DNA from: Chitinophagaceae bacterium
GTDB lineage: Bacteria > Bacteroidota > Bacteroidia > Chitinophagales > Chitinophagaceae
Assembly: GCA_947459295.1 (NCBI GenBank)
Contig: CANHCY010000007.1
Span: 4,357 to 68,356 of the forward strand
Direction of reading: 5' to 3'
Length of the DNA stretch: 64,000 nucleotides
The notes under the pieces were generated by a model. The model did no database searches, had not been told where the DNA came from, and was given only the letters and a program-made list of their open reading frames with translations. The stretch's first letter is position 1; each line of letters begins with the position of its first letter. The position numbers and the translations under genes were made by a program. This document shows positions 31,316-40,317 of this stretch, piece after piece.

Positions 31316-32512
31316 TTATAACACTTTGGTAATCGCTGCTAACATTTTTTCTCCCTTCTCTTTTATTTGTTCCTCTGTCCAAAGTAAACTAATGGCGGTA
31401 GAAACAGTTCGGCTCATAATGGCGTCACTTTTTGCAAAAGACTTTGTTTGTAATGCTAATAAGGCAGCTGCTTGGGCATCGTGTAAACGGTTAAGCGTAA
31501 TGGCATTTTTTAAATGATCCCACTTAGTTATATAATGCCAATTATTCGCGTACCAATAAAAATTTCCAGCAAAAACCCCTGCTTCTTTTAATGACTCGAT
31601 AGCAGCTTTAGTACCCGCTTCTGTGGGAAGCATCCAAGATAAAAAACTACAGCTATCGCCGTCTTCGTCGGGGACTACTCTAAACGAAATACCAGGTACT
31701 TGTTCTAAATAGCTGCGTAATAATTTATTGTTTTTGCGCTGGATAGATAAAAAAGTATCGAGTTTTTTAATTTGCGCTAAACCAACAGCAGCATGCAGTT
31801 CACTGATTCTAAAATTGTATCCAATAAACGGATGCAGGTCTGCGCCACGGTCTACGCCAAGGTGATCATGACCATGATCGGTGTAGGCATCACACTTGGT
31901 GTAGACGTCTTTATCGTTTGTCATAACCACGCCACCTTCGCCGCATGTAATTGTTTTTACAAAGTCAAAAGAAAATGTTCCAGCATGACCAATGGTGCCT
32001 AATTTTTTTCCTTTATAGGTGCCGCCAATACTCTGACAAGCGTCTTCTAATAGTATTAAATGATGTTCGGTACAAATTTGTTGAAGCGCATCCATATCAG
32101 CCATGCTACCGCACATATGCACGGGCATCACACATTTTGTTTTGGACGTTATAGCGGCTTTAACAGCGGCTGGATCTAGCGTTAAGGTTTCATCAATATC
32201 TACTAAAACGGGCACTGCACCAACACTTAAAATGGCTTCAAAACTTGCCACAAAAGTAAAAGAAGGCATGATGACCTCGTCACCAACGCCAATACCTAAT
32301 GCTGCCATTGCTGTTGTTAATGCAGCAGTACCACTAGAGGTAAGTTGTGCATGATTACAACCAAAAACCTGCGTTACAGCGGTTTCTAGTTCTTTAGATT
32401 TCCAGATGCCTTTTCGGGGGCCATCAAACCCATAACGCATTAAAATTCCGGTTTCTAAAACCTCATTCACCTCTTTTCTTTCCTCGTCACCAAAAAATTC
32501 AAATCCTGGCAT
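31316..32512 (-). CDS. kdnA: PLP aminotransferase (DegT family), KdnA-like 8-amino-Kdo transaminase
   Basis: MPGFEFFG start, VHMCGSMA, EDACQ, FSFDFVKTITCGEGG, DHGHDH...DRGA..HP..G.NFRISE, FYWYANNWHY; closely follows my recollection of Shewanella KdnA. Confidence 0.8.
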   Translation of the reverse strand: MPGFEFFGDEERKEVNEVLETGILMRYGFDGPRKGIWKSKELETAVTQVFGCNHAQLTSSGTAALTTAMAALGIGVGDEVIMPSFTFVASFEAILSVGAVPVLVDIDETLTLDPAAVKAAITSKTKCVMPVHMCGSMADMDALQQICTEHHLILLEDACQSIGGTYKGKKLGTIGHAGTFSFDFVKTITCGEGGVVMTNDKDVYTKCDAYTDHGHDHLGVDRGADLHPFIGYNFRISELHAAVGLAQIKKLDTFLSIQRKNNKLLRSYLEQVPGISFRVVPDEDGDSCSFLSWMLPTEAGTKAAIESLKEAGVFAGNFYWYANNWHYITKWDHLKNAITLNRLHDAQAAALLALQTKSFAKSDAIMSRTVSTAISLLWTEEQIKEKGEKMLAAITKVL

Positions 32513-32529
32513 ATATTATGTTTAGACTG

Positions 32530-32574
32530 CAAAGGTAAAGAACTTAGTTGCATCTTGTATTGGCATTATCTTTG
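32530..32574. promoter_or_regulatory. Divergent housekeeping promoters for kdnA-rpoN (minus) and dsbA (plus)
   Basis: TACCTTTG on minus (32530-32537) and TATCTTTG on plus (32567-32574), both exact TAnnTTTG. Confidence 0.6.
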
Positions 32575-32578
32575 CTTT

Positions 32579-33232
32579 ATGAATCCAACCTTATTTTATT
32601 GCTACGATGCCTATTGTGGCTGGTGCTATGGGTTTTGCCCCGTTATCAAAAAAATAGCCGAAAACTACCCTACTTTACAAGTAGAAGTGCTTTCTGGCGG
32701 CATGATCCTGCCCGAAAAACCCGTTTCCATAAGCGCTACCGCGCATTATATTTTAGGTGCCTATAAAAATGTGGAGGAATTAGCAGGTGTAGAATTTGGC
32801 GAAGACTACCTTTGGCATATCAAAAACCCCGAATTAAGCGACTGGTTCCCGCATTCCGAAAAACCAGCCATTGCACTTTCTATTTTTAAGGAGTTTTATC
32901 CGAATAGACAAGTTGAGTTTGCGAACGATTTACAAATAGCACTTCATTATGAAGGCCGTGATTTAACGGACAATGAAGCATACAGGCACTTACTTGAAAA
33001 ATATAGTATCGCCCCCGAAGTTTTTTATGAAAAATTAGCCAGCGAAACCTACAAAGATCAAGCCCACTATGAGTTTTCGTTGGTTAAACAATTGCAAGTA
33101 ACCGGGTTTCCATGTGTATTGTTACAAGTCAATGAATCAAAATTTCATTTGTTAGCAAGGGGCTATACCGATTACGAAACGCTACGTTCAAGACTTGATG
33201 TAGCACTACAAGAAGCGACAAAATCGAATTAG
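32579..33232 (+). CDS. DsbA-like thioredoxin-fold protein
   Basis: YCYDAYCGWCYGF (CxxC), LSGGM, VTGFP cis-Pro; start moved to ATG 32579. Confidence 0.87.
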   Translation: MNPTLFYCYDAYCGWCYGFCPVIKKIAENYPTLQVEVLSGGMILPEKPVSISATAHYILGAYKNVEELAGVEFGEDYLWHIKNPELSDWFPHSEKPAIALSIFKEFYPNRQVEFANDLQIALHYEGRDLTDNEAYRHLLEKYSIAPEVFYEKLASETYKDQAHYEFSLVKQLQVTGFPCVLLQVNESKFHLLARGYTDYETLRSRLDVALQEATKSN

Positions 33233-33283
33233 TAGTTTTTTAACCTGATTTTACCTTTACTTTGCAAAACGTAAACAAAGCAT

Positions 33284-33694
33284 ATGGAGTATAGTAATTT
33301 AGTATCAATTTCTGGCCTTAGCGGTCTATTTGAAATGGTGGCCAGCAAGACAGATGGCGCTATCGTAAAGTCATTAGAAGATCAAACCACAAAGTTTGTA
33401 AGCAGTAGAGTGCATAATTTCTCGCACCTTGAAAGTATTGAAGTGTATACCGTACGTGATAATATCAATTTGGTGGAGCTTTTTCAAACGATGTTAGCTT
33501 CTAAAGAAGCCCTTCCTTCCGAAAAAGATCCTGCAGCTATTGTCGCTTACTTTAAAAAAGTATACGCCGATATGGATTTTGACCGTGTTTATCCAAGTGA
33601 TATGAAAAAAATGGTAAAATGGTTTAGCATTTTAAAAGCAAATAACATCGAAATCAAATTATCTGAAGAGCCTGAAGAAGAAACAGAAGCTTAA
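33284..33694 (+). CDS. DUF5606 family conserved Bacteroidota protein
   Basis: SISGLSGLF, LESIEVYT, DFDRVYPSDMKKMVKW, acidic tail. Confidence 0.8.
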   Translation: MEYSNLVSISGLSGLFEMVASKTDGAIVKSLEDQTTKFVSSRVHNFSHLESIEVYTVRDNINLVELFQTMLASKEALPSEKDPAAIVAYFKKVYADMDFDRVYPSDMKKMVKWFSILKANNIEIKLSEEPEEETEA

Positions 33695-33711
33695 TTCATT
33701 AGAATGTATAT

Positions 33712-33748
33712 AAAAGTCGCAAAAGCTTGTCTCTTGCGACTTTTTTTT
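33712..33748 (+). terminator. Intrinsic terminator after the DUF5606 gene
   Basis: AAAAGTCGCAA-(AAGCTTGTCTC)-TTGCGACTTTT followed by further T residues. Confidence 0.8.
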
Positions 33749-33806
33749 GCCCATACCTTCCAATAAAGTAAGAGAAATCTTACATTGTGACACTCATTTT
33801 ACCATC

Positions 33807-36710
33807 ATGAAAAAATTCTTACTCATTACCATTTTAGGATGCTCTTTATTTACAAGTAGAGCGCAGCGTTTTTCCGAAAAATCGGAAGCATCTGAAGCTT
33901 GGGTAAATGAACAGTTCAATAAATTAACGCCCGAAGAGCGCATTGCTCAACTCATGATTGTAAGAGCACATAGTAATTTGGGTGAAGCGCATGTAAAAGA
34001 GGTTACGGATTTAGTAACCAAATTTAATGTGGGTGGATTGTGTTTTTTTCAGGGTGGCCCTATCAGACAAGCTACGCTAACCAATGCGTATCAATCACTT
34101 GCTAAAACACCACTCATGATTGCCATTGATGGCGAGTGGGGATTAGGTATGCGACTAGATAGTGTTATTAATTTTCCAAGACAACTTATGATGGGCGCCG
34201 TGAATGATGCCAATTTAATTTATCAATTTGGACGCATTGTGGGAGCGCAGTGTAAACGACTTGGCATTCACGTAAATTATGCGCCAGATGTAGACATCAA
34301 CAACAATCCAAAAAATCCGGTGATCAATGATAGAAGTTTTGGAGAAGATAAATATAAAGTAGCACAGTATGGTGTAGCGTATATGCGTGGCATGCAAGAC
34401 GTTAATGTAATGGCTTGTGCCAAACATTTTCCAGGACACGGCGATGTAGCCGTAGACTCACACTATGATTTACCTATCATTTATAAATCGAGAGGCGCCT
34501 TAGACTCTTTAGAGTTGTATCCATTTAAAGAAATGATTAAAGCCGGTGTAGGCAGTGTTATGATGGCACACTTATCTATTCCTTCTATAGATCCTACAAA
34601 CAATTTGCCTACTTCACTATCGGCTATTGCCGTTCAAAATTTATTACGCAATGAGCTTGGATACAACGGTATCACTTTTACAGACGCATTAGAAATGAAA
34701 GGTGTTTCAAAGTTTTTTCCTAAAGGCGAAGCGTCTGTAATGTCTTTGATTGCTGGTAATGATATGCTTTGTTTACCTGGAGACATTGAAGGTAGCATCG
34801 AAAAAGTTAAAGAAGCGATTGCTGCAGGAAAATTAAGCTGGGAAGACCTTAACCAAAGAGTAAAAAAAGTATTACGCGCCAAATATAACTTAGGCCTAGC
34901 GAGTTTGCAACCCATCGATACCACCAATTTAGCTGCAGACCTAAACGCATCTACAACTGAGCTAAATGAGATGCTGGCTAAGAAAGCATTGACCGTATTA
35001 AAACTTGATAATAAAAAATTATTGCCGCTAGCAAATAAAAATACAAAAACGCTATATATAGGTATTGGCATTAGTAAAGAAAATAGTTTTGCAAAAAATA
35101 TCAAAAACGTATATAATGCTGACGCTGTATTTTTCAGTTATAAGGACAAAAAAGCTAAAGCCGACAGTATTGCTTTGCTAACTAGTAGCTATGACGCTGT
35201 TGTTGTAGGCATGCACGATTTTAGCAGAAGACCTGCCAATAATTTTGGGATTTCTGATGCAGCACTTAGTTTACTTTCAAAAGTACAGGGTGCGAATACC
35301 ATTAATTTTTGTTTTGGAAACCCTTACGCGGTAGCAAATTTATGCAACGCAAATAATGTAGTGGTTTGTTATGAAGACGATGAGATTACACAAAAAGCGG
35401 GTATTCAACTATTACAAGGCACTACGCAGCCAGAAGGGAAACTCCCTGTTACAGTTTGCGATAATTTTAGTTTTGGCAGTGGCATCGAAACAACTAGTTA
35501 TTTTAACACCGCTGTTCCAGAAGAAGTAGGCATGAGTAGTGCCGCGCTTCAAAAAATAGATAGCATTGCAAAAGCCGCAATCGATAGTGCTGCTATTCCT
35601 GGATGTGTAGTGTTAGTTGCTAAAAATGGGAAAGTGGTTTACAATAAAGCGTTTGGTACCACCAATTATAACAATACGGTTCCCATGCAAACAGATATGG
35701 TTTTTGATTTGGCTTCTGTAACAAAAATATCTGCTACTACCGTAGCCATCATGAAACTTGTTGAAACAAAAAAAGTGCAATTACATAAAACGATTGGTGA
35801 TTATATACCATGGGTGCGTGGTTCAGACAAGGCATCTATCAAAATTTCGGATCTTTTATTACACCAAGCTGGACTTGTTCCTTTTATTACTTTTTATAAA
35901 GAAGTATTGGACCCGACCACAAATAAGACATCTCCAAAATATTTTTCTACAACTGCTACACCACAATTTCCAGTACGTGTAGCAGAAAATGTATACCTCC
36001 GAAATGATTGGCAGGACAGCATGTATGCACGTATACTATCAAGCAGCAGGCCTACGAGTGGTAAATATGTTTACAGTGATAATGACTTTATTTTTTTAGG
36101 GAAAGTAGTAGAATCTGTTACGGGCATGGGTTTAGATGCCTATGTAGCAGATCAATTTTATACTCCACTAGGCATGCACAGCACAGGTTTTTTGCCAACT
36201 GCAAAAATGCCATTAAGTAAAATCATACCCACTGAGGTAGAAGTTCATTTTAGAGCACAACAAACCCATGGAGATGTTCATGACGAAGGTGCTGCTATGT
36301 TTGGCGGTGTGGCAGGGCACGCAGGTTTATTTAGCAATGCCTATGATTTAGCGAAACTCTATCAAATGCTATTAAATGGCGGTACACTTAATGGCAAGCG
36401 CTATTTAAAAAAATCGACCATTCAAAAATTTACTGCTTACAGTTCTACTATTTCTAGAAGAGGGTTAGGATTTGATAAACCTGAAAAAGACAATGCCACA
36501 AGAAAAGAAGCTTACCCTTCTAAAAGTGTTTCTCCTGAAACATATGGCCACACTGGATTTACAGGCACTTGTGTTTGGGTAGATCCAACCAAACAGCTTG
36601 TCTATGTATTTTTATCTAGCAGGGTTTCGCCTACAAGAAACAATACCAAATTTGGTAGATTAAATGTTAGACCTAATATTCAAGAAGCCATCTACAGCGC
36701 AATCCAATAA
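33807..36710 (+). CDS. GH3 beta-N-acetylglucosaminidase fused to a beta-lactamase-fold serine hydrolase
   Basis: Signal peptide; DGEWG, KHFPGHG...DSH (NagZ), TDALEM; C-terminal ASVTK (SxxK), YSD, GHTGFTGT. Confidence 0.92.
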   Translation: MKKFLLITILGCSLFTSRAQRFSEKSEASEAWVNEQFNKLTPEERIAQLMIVRAHSNLGEAHVKEVTDLVTKFNVGGLCFFQGGPIRQATLTNAYQSLAKTPLMIAIDGEWGLGMRLDSVINFPRQLMMGAVNDANLIYQFGRIVGAQCKRLGIHVNYAPDVDINNNPKNPVINDRSFGEDKYKVAQYGVAYMRGMQDVNVMACAKHFPGHGDVAVDSHYDLPIIYKSRGALDSLELYPFKEMIKAGVGSVMMAHLSIPSIDPTNNLPTSLSAIAVQNLLRNELGYNGITFTDALEMKGVSKFFPKGEASVMSLIAGNDMLCLPGDIEGSIEKVKEAIAAGKLSWEDLNQRVKKVLRAKYNLGLASLQPIDTTNLAADLNASTTELNEMLAKKALTVLKLDNKKLLPLANKNTKTLYIGIGISKENSFAKNIKNVYNADAVFFSYKDKKAKADSIALLTSSYDAVVVGMHDFSRRPANNFGISDAALSLLSKVQGANTINFCFGNPYAVANLCNANNVVVCYEDDEITQKAGIQLLQGTTQPEGKLPVTVCDNFSFGSGIETTSYFNTAVPEEVGMSSAALQKIDSIAKAAIDSAAIPGCVVLVAKNGKVVYNKAFGTTNYNNTVPMQTDMVFDLASVTKISATTVAIMKLVETKKVQLHKTIGDYIPWVRGSDKASIKISDLLLHQAGLVPFITFYKEVLDPTTNKTSPKYFSTTATPQFPVRVAENVYLRNDWQDSMYARILSSSRPTSGKYVYSDNDFIFLGKVVESVTGMGLDAYVADQFYTPLGMHSTGFLPTAKMPLSKIIPTEVEVHFRAQQTHGDVHDEGAAMFGGVAGHAGLFSNAYDLAKLYQMLLNGGTLNGKRYLKKSTIQKFTAYSSTISRRGLGFDKPEKDNATRKEAYPSKSVSPETYGHTGFTGTCVWVDPTKQLVYVFLSSRVSPTRNNTKFGRLNVRPNIQEAIYSAIQ

Positions 36711-36758
36711 AATAGGTTACCTTACTGGCAAGCGCTATTATTAAAGTGCGAGGCGCTC

Positions 36759-37409
36759 ATGATATCCATTGCAATTGTTGATGATCACCGCCTCATGCGA
36801 GCAGGGCTTGCCAATATGATTGCTGGATTTAAGGGCTATAAAGTAACTATTGAAGCAGGCAACGGACTTTTATTTATCGAATCCCTCAAAAAAAACAAGG
36901 CCCCTAGTATTGTACTGCTAGATATTAATATGCCAGAAATGGATGGTTATCAAACTGCACAATGGATTCGACAAAATTTACCGGATACAAAAATGATCGC
37001 GCTTAGCATGTATGATAATGATTATGCCATCATACAAATGCTAAAAAATGGATGTCATGGTTATTTATTAAAGAATTCGGAACCCATGCTACTATATACC
37101 GCCTTCAACGAAATTAAAAAATATGGTTATTTCAGCAACGATATGGTGTCCGATAAACTCATTCATTATATAGGCGACGAATCGGCACTAAAAAAACAAC
37201 AAGAGCAAGTCAACCATTTAACAGAAAAGGAAATAGCCTTTATGGGCTGGGTTTGTACCGATAAAACCTATAAAGAAATTGCCGATATTATGTTTATCAG
37301 TCCGCGAACGGTAGATACTTACCGTGATCATTTATTCAAAAAATTAGACGTAAAAACTAGGGTTGGCCTCGCATTATTTGCCATCAAAAATAACTTGGCA
37401 GTACTATAG
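36759..37409 (+). CDS. NarL/LuxR family response regulator (no adjacent kinase)
   Basis: REC domain (VDDH, LLDINMPEMDG, GYLLK) + LuxR HTH (TYKEIADIMFISPRTVDTYR). Confidence 0.93.
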   Translation: MISIAIVDDHRLMRAGLANMIAGFKGYKVTIEAGNGLLFIESLKKNKAPSIVLLDINMPEMDGYQTAQWIRQNLPDTKMIALSMYDNDYAIIQMLKNGCHGYLLKNSEPMLLYTAFNEIKKYGYFSNDMVSDKLIHYIGDESALKKQQEQVNHLTEKEIAFMGWVCTDKTYKEIADIMFISPRTVDTYRDHLFKKLDVKTRVGLALFAIKNNLAVL

Positions 37410-37432
37410 TTTTTATGAATTAATTTTATTGA

Positions 37433-39679
37433 ATGTTAGGGATAAAGCGGAGTCTATTTTTTATTGGCTATTGCATGCTAACATTACATGCATTAGCACA
37501 AGCGCCTCCTATTGGAAGCTGGCGTGTGCACCATAGTTATGCAGGAACTTTAGAGGTCGTAAAAGGAGATAAAATATACACAGCCACTCCAGAAGCTATT
37601 TTTAGTACCAACGCTAACAATCAGTTCGAATACTTTAACAAACTAACCGGTTTAGCAGAAGCGTCTATCGCTACCATTTGTTGGGATAGTGAAACAGAGC
37701 AACTGGTGGTTGCTTACACCAATAATAATATAGATGTAATAAAAGGTGGCCTTGTAAAAAACATCTATGACCTTGTAAGAACAAGTCGCATTCAAAAAAT
37801 CAATTCGATATACACCGAAAAAGGAATGGCGTATGTAAGCACCAACATAGGCATTGTAGTCATTGACTTATTCAAATATGAAATAAAAGAAAGTTGGATT
37901 TTAGGCTCGAGTGGAAATAACTTAGAAGTTTTCTCGCTTACTAAGGGCACAAGCAATTGGTATGCAGCCACTCAAAATGGCATTTATACAGCATCTATAT
38001 CAACCCTCAATATTGCAGATGCAAAATCATGGACTAATAGGTATCCAGCTGTCAATGATAAGCCCGTAAAAAAAATAAGTAGTACGCCTACTGGTTTAAT
38101 TATTGAAAAAAATGATAGCCTACTAATCATTCAACCTGCTGCCACCACTACTGTATTTTATAAAGCATCGGAACAAATAAAATCCTGGCAGTTTAATGAG
38201 CAAAAAATTACAGTTGCTACTACGAATACTCAAACGAGTAAAGCACGTGTGCACCAATTAACAATGGGCAACGCAACTGCACTTGTTTTTGAACAGCCTG
38301 ATTTTTTAATACAACCCAACGCATGTATTTTTTCAAATGGAATCATTTGGATCAGTGACGGGGTTACAGGCCTTATTAAATTAGAGCCCAGTACAAATAG
38401 CTTTGTAAAAATTATTCCGGGTGGGCCAGGAGGACAAATTACGACAGCGCTATTAGCTTCTAGCACAGGGATATTAGCCGCATCAAATACAAAAAAAGGG
38501 ATTTCGATTTTAGAAAATGGAAAATGGCAAATACAAAATGGCTTAGATAGCGTAACAGGGGTTCAATCCATTGCAATCAATCATCTAGACAATAGTGTTT
38601 GGCTTACTACTTCAGAAATGGGCGTGGCAAAATGGCAAAATAACAAAGTTCAAATTTTTAACCCCCGCAATAGCAGTCTTGTGGGTACTACAAATAATAC
38701 CTGTTTTACAAACGGTGTAGCAGCAGATAGTAAAGGCAATACTTGGATAAGCAATACGGGCAATACTAAATCAATACATGTATACCAGCCAGATGGAAAA
38801 TGGACCGGATTTAATAACCCTTATGGATTAACAGATGCAGGTACAATTGAAATAGATGACACTGGGCTTATTTGGTGTATTACCAAAAATGCAAATGGAC
38901 TACTTGTATACAATCCTGGAAATTCTTTAACCTCTAGTTCAGATGATAGATGGAAACATTATAAAACAGGAACAGGCGCCGGCAATTTACCTAGCAACCA
39001 AGTAAACTGTACCGCAAAAGATAAAAATGGATTTATTTGGGTAGGCACCGATAGAGGCATTGGTATTATACAGTGTACAGAAAATATTTTTACGCCGGCG
39101 GGTTGCGACGCACTCCTGCCTGTTGTGCAACAAGATCGATTTGCGGGACTTTTATTTAAAGATGAAAATGTACAAACCATTGCAGTTGACGGTGCCGATA
39201 GAAAATGGGTAGGTACAAAAAATGGCGTTTGGCTGATTAGCGCAACCGGAGAAAAAGTTATTTATAGATTTTCTACGCGTAATAGTCCTTTGCCAGGAAA
39301 TGATGTTTCTAAAATATCTATTGACCCGCTAACCGGTGAAGTTTTTATTGCTACAAGTAGTGGTCTTTGCAGTTTTAGAAGTACGGCTACAGAAGCTGTA
39401 ACCACACAACAAAAAGTGCTTGTATTTCCAAATCCAGTCCCGCCAGGATATAATGGCAGCATAGCTATTAGAGGTCTTACCAATAATGCGCTTGTAAAAA
39501 TAACCAATTTGTATGGTGCACTTGTGTATCAAACAAGGTCGCTTGGTGGACAAGCTATTTGGGATGGCAAAAATACAAATGGAACAAAAGTAGCAAGTGG
39601 TGTTTACTTAATTATTTGCAGAGACGATAGTGGTGCCGAAAAAATTGCTACAAAAATTACGATTGTTCAGGGCAGGTAG
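37433..39679 (+). CDS. porZ: T9SS component PorZ (beta-propellers + T9SS C-terminal domain)
   Basis: PIGSWRVH N-terminus, propeller repeats (DKNGFIWVGT, VDGADRKWVGT), CTD VLVFPNPV...WDGK...VASGVY. Confidence 0.82.
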   Translation: MLGIKRSLFFIGYCMLTLHALAQAPPIGSWRVHHSYAGTLEVVKGDKIYTATPEAIFSTNANNQFEYFNKLTGLAEASIATICWDSETEQLVVAYTNNNIDVIKGGLVKNIYDLVRTSRIQKINSIYTEKGMAYVSTNIGIVVIDLFKYEIKESWILGSSGNNLEVFSLTKGTSNWYAATQNGIYTASISTLNIADAKSWTNRYPAVNDKPVKKISSTPTGLIIEKNDSLLIIQPAATTTVFYKASEQIKSWQFNEQKITVATTNTQTSKARVHQLTMGNATALVFEQPDFLIQPNACIFSNGIIWISDGVTGLIKLEPSTNSFVKIIPGGPGGQITTALLASSTGILAASNTKKGISILENGKWQIQNGLDSVTGVQSIAINHLDNSVWLTTSEMGVAKWQNNKVQIFNPRNSSLVGTTNNTCFTNGVAADSKGNTWISNTGNTKSIHVYQPDGKWTGFNNPYGLTDAGTIEIDDTGLIWCITKNANGLLVYNPGNSLTSSSDDRWKHYKTGTGAGNLPSNQVNCTAKDKNGFIWVGTDRGIGIIQCTENIFTPAGCDALLPVVQQDRFAGLLFKDENVQTIAVDGADRKWVGTKNGVWLISATGEKVIYRFSTRNSPLPGNDVSKISIDPLTGEVFIATSSGLCSFRSTATEAVTTQQKVLVFPNPVPPGYNGSIAIRGLTNNALVKITNLYGALVYQTRSLGGQAIWDGKNTNGTKVASGVYLIICRDDSGAEKIATKITIVQGR

Positions 39680-39682
39680 CCC

Positions 39683-40273
39683 TTACTTTTTTTGAAAGTC
39701 ATAAAACCTAGCTACTACAAATTTTAACGTGCCTTGTTCGCCAGGGGCTACGCGGTACATCAATCGGCGCATTTTGCCAGTAGGTTGTTGCACACCATTT
39801 GCATCTTTTTCAAAGAGTGGATAGGTACGCATTAACACACCTTCTAAAAGCATATACTTGTCGGCGCCTTTGTAACTATCGCGTAGTCTTGGATCATCGA
39901 GTATGTCTGGGAAAACAATGGGTGCTACTGATTTATTTTCTTGAGAACTAATAGCAATCACCGAGCTTTTATTTAACGAATCGATGGTAGTAACGTATAA
40001 CAGTAATTCAGGAAATCCATCTTTATTTAAATCATCTACTTCTGTACCCATTAAAACGCCCTTTAATTCAAAACTAAAATCACGTGCCTCACTTTCAAAA
40101 CCAACCGGATAAATGGTAATCGGATTTTTTTCGGAAGATTTATTGAAACAATTGATGCGGTAGCCTGCTTTGCCAACTTTCATAGTAGTATCTATTCGAC
40201 GCCCCTGCGCCATTAATACGGTTGGGATAAGTACCAACGCAAAAAAAAGTGTACGAATAAGCATGAATCGCAT
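39683..40273 (-). CDS. Secreted PliI-like (i-type lysozyme inhibitor fold) protein
   Basis: Signal peptide; EVDDLNKDGFPEL.LYV, Y.G.D, R.YP.F, PTG..R...Y...PGE pattern of PliI homologues. Confidence 0.6.
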   Translation of the reverse strand: MRFMLIRTLFFALVLIPTVLMAQGRRIDTTMKVGKAGYRINCFNKSSEKNPITIYPVGFESEARDFSFELKGVLMGTEVDDLNKDGFPELLLYVTTIDSLNKSSVIAISSQENKSVAPIVFPDILDDPRLRDSYKGADKYMLLEGVLMRTYPLFEKDANGVQQPTGKMRRLMYRVAPGEQGTLKFVVARFYDFQKK

Positions 40274-40317
40274 ACGAGAAGTAGTTTAGAGCACTAAATT
40301 AAATAAAATAACGGTAG

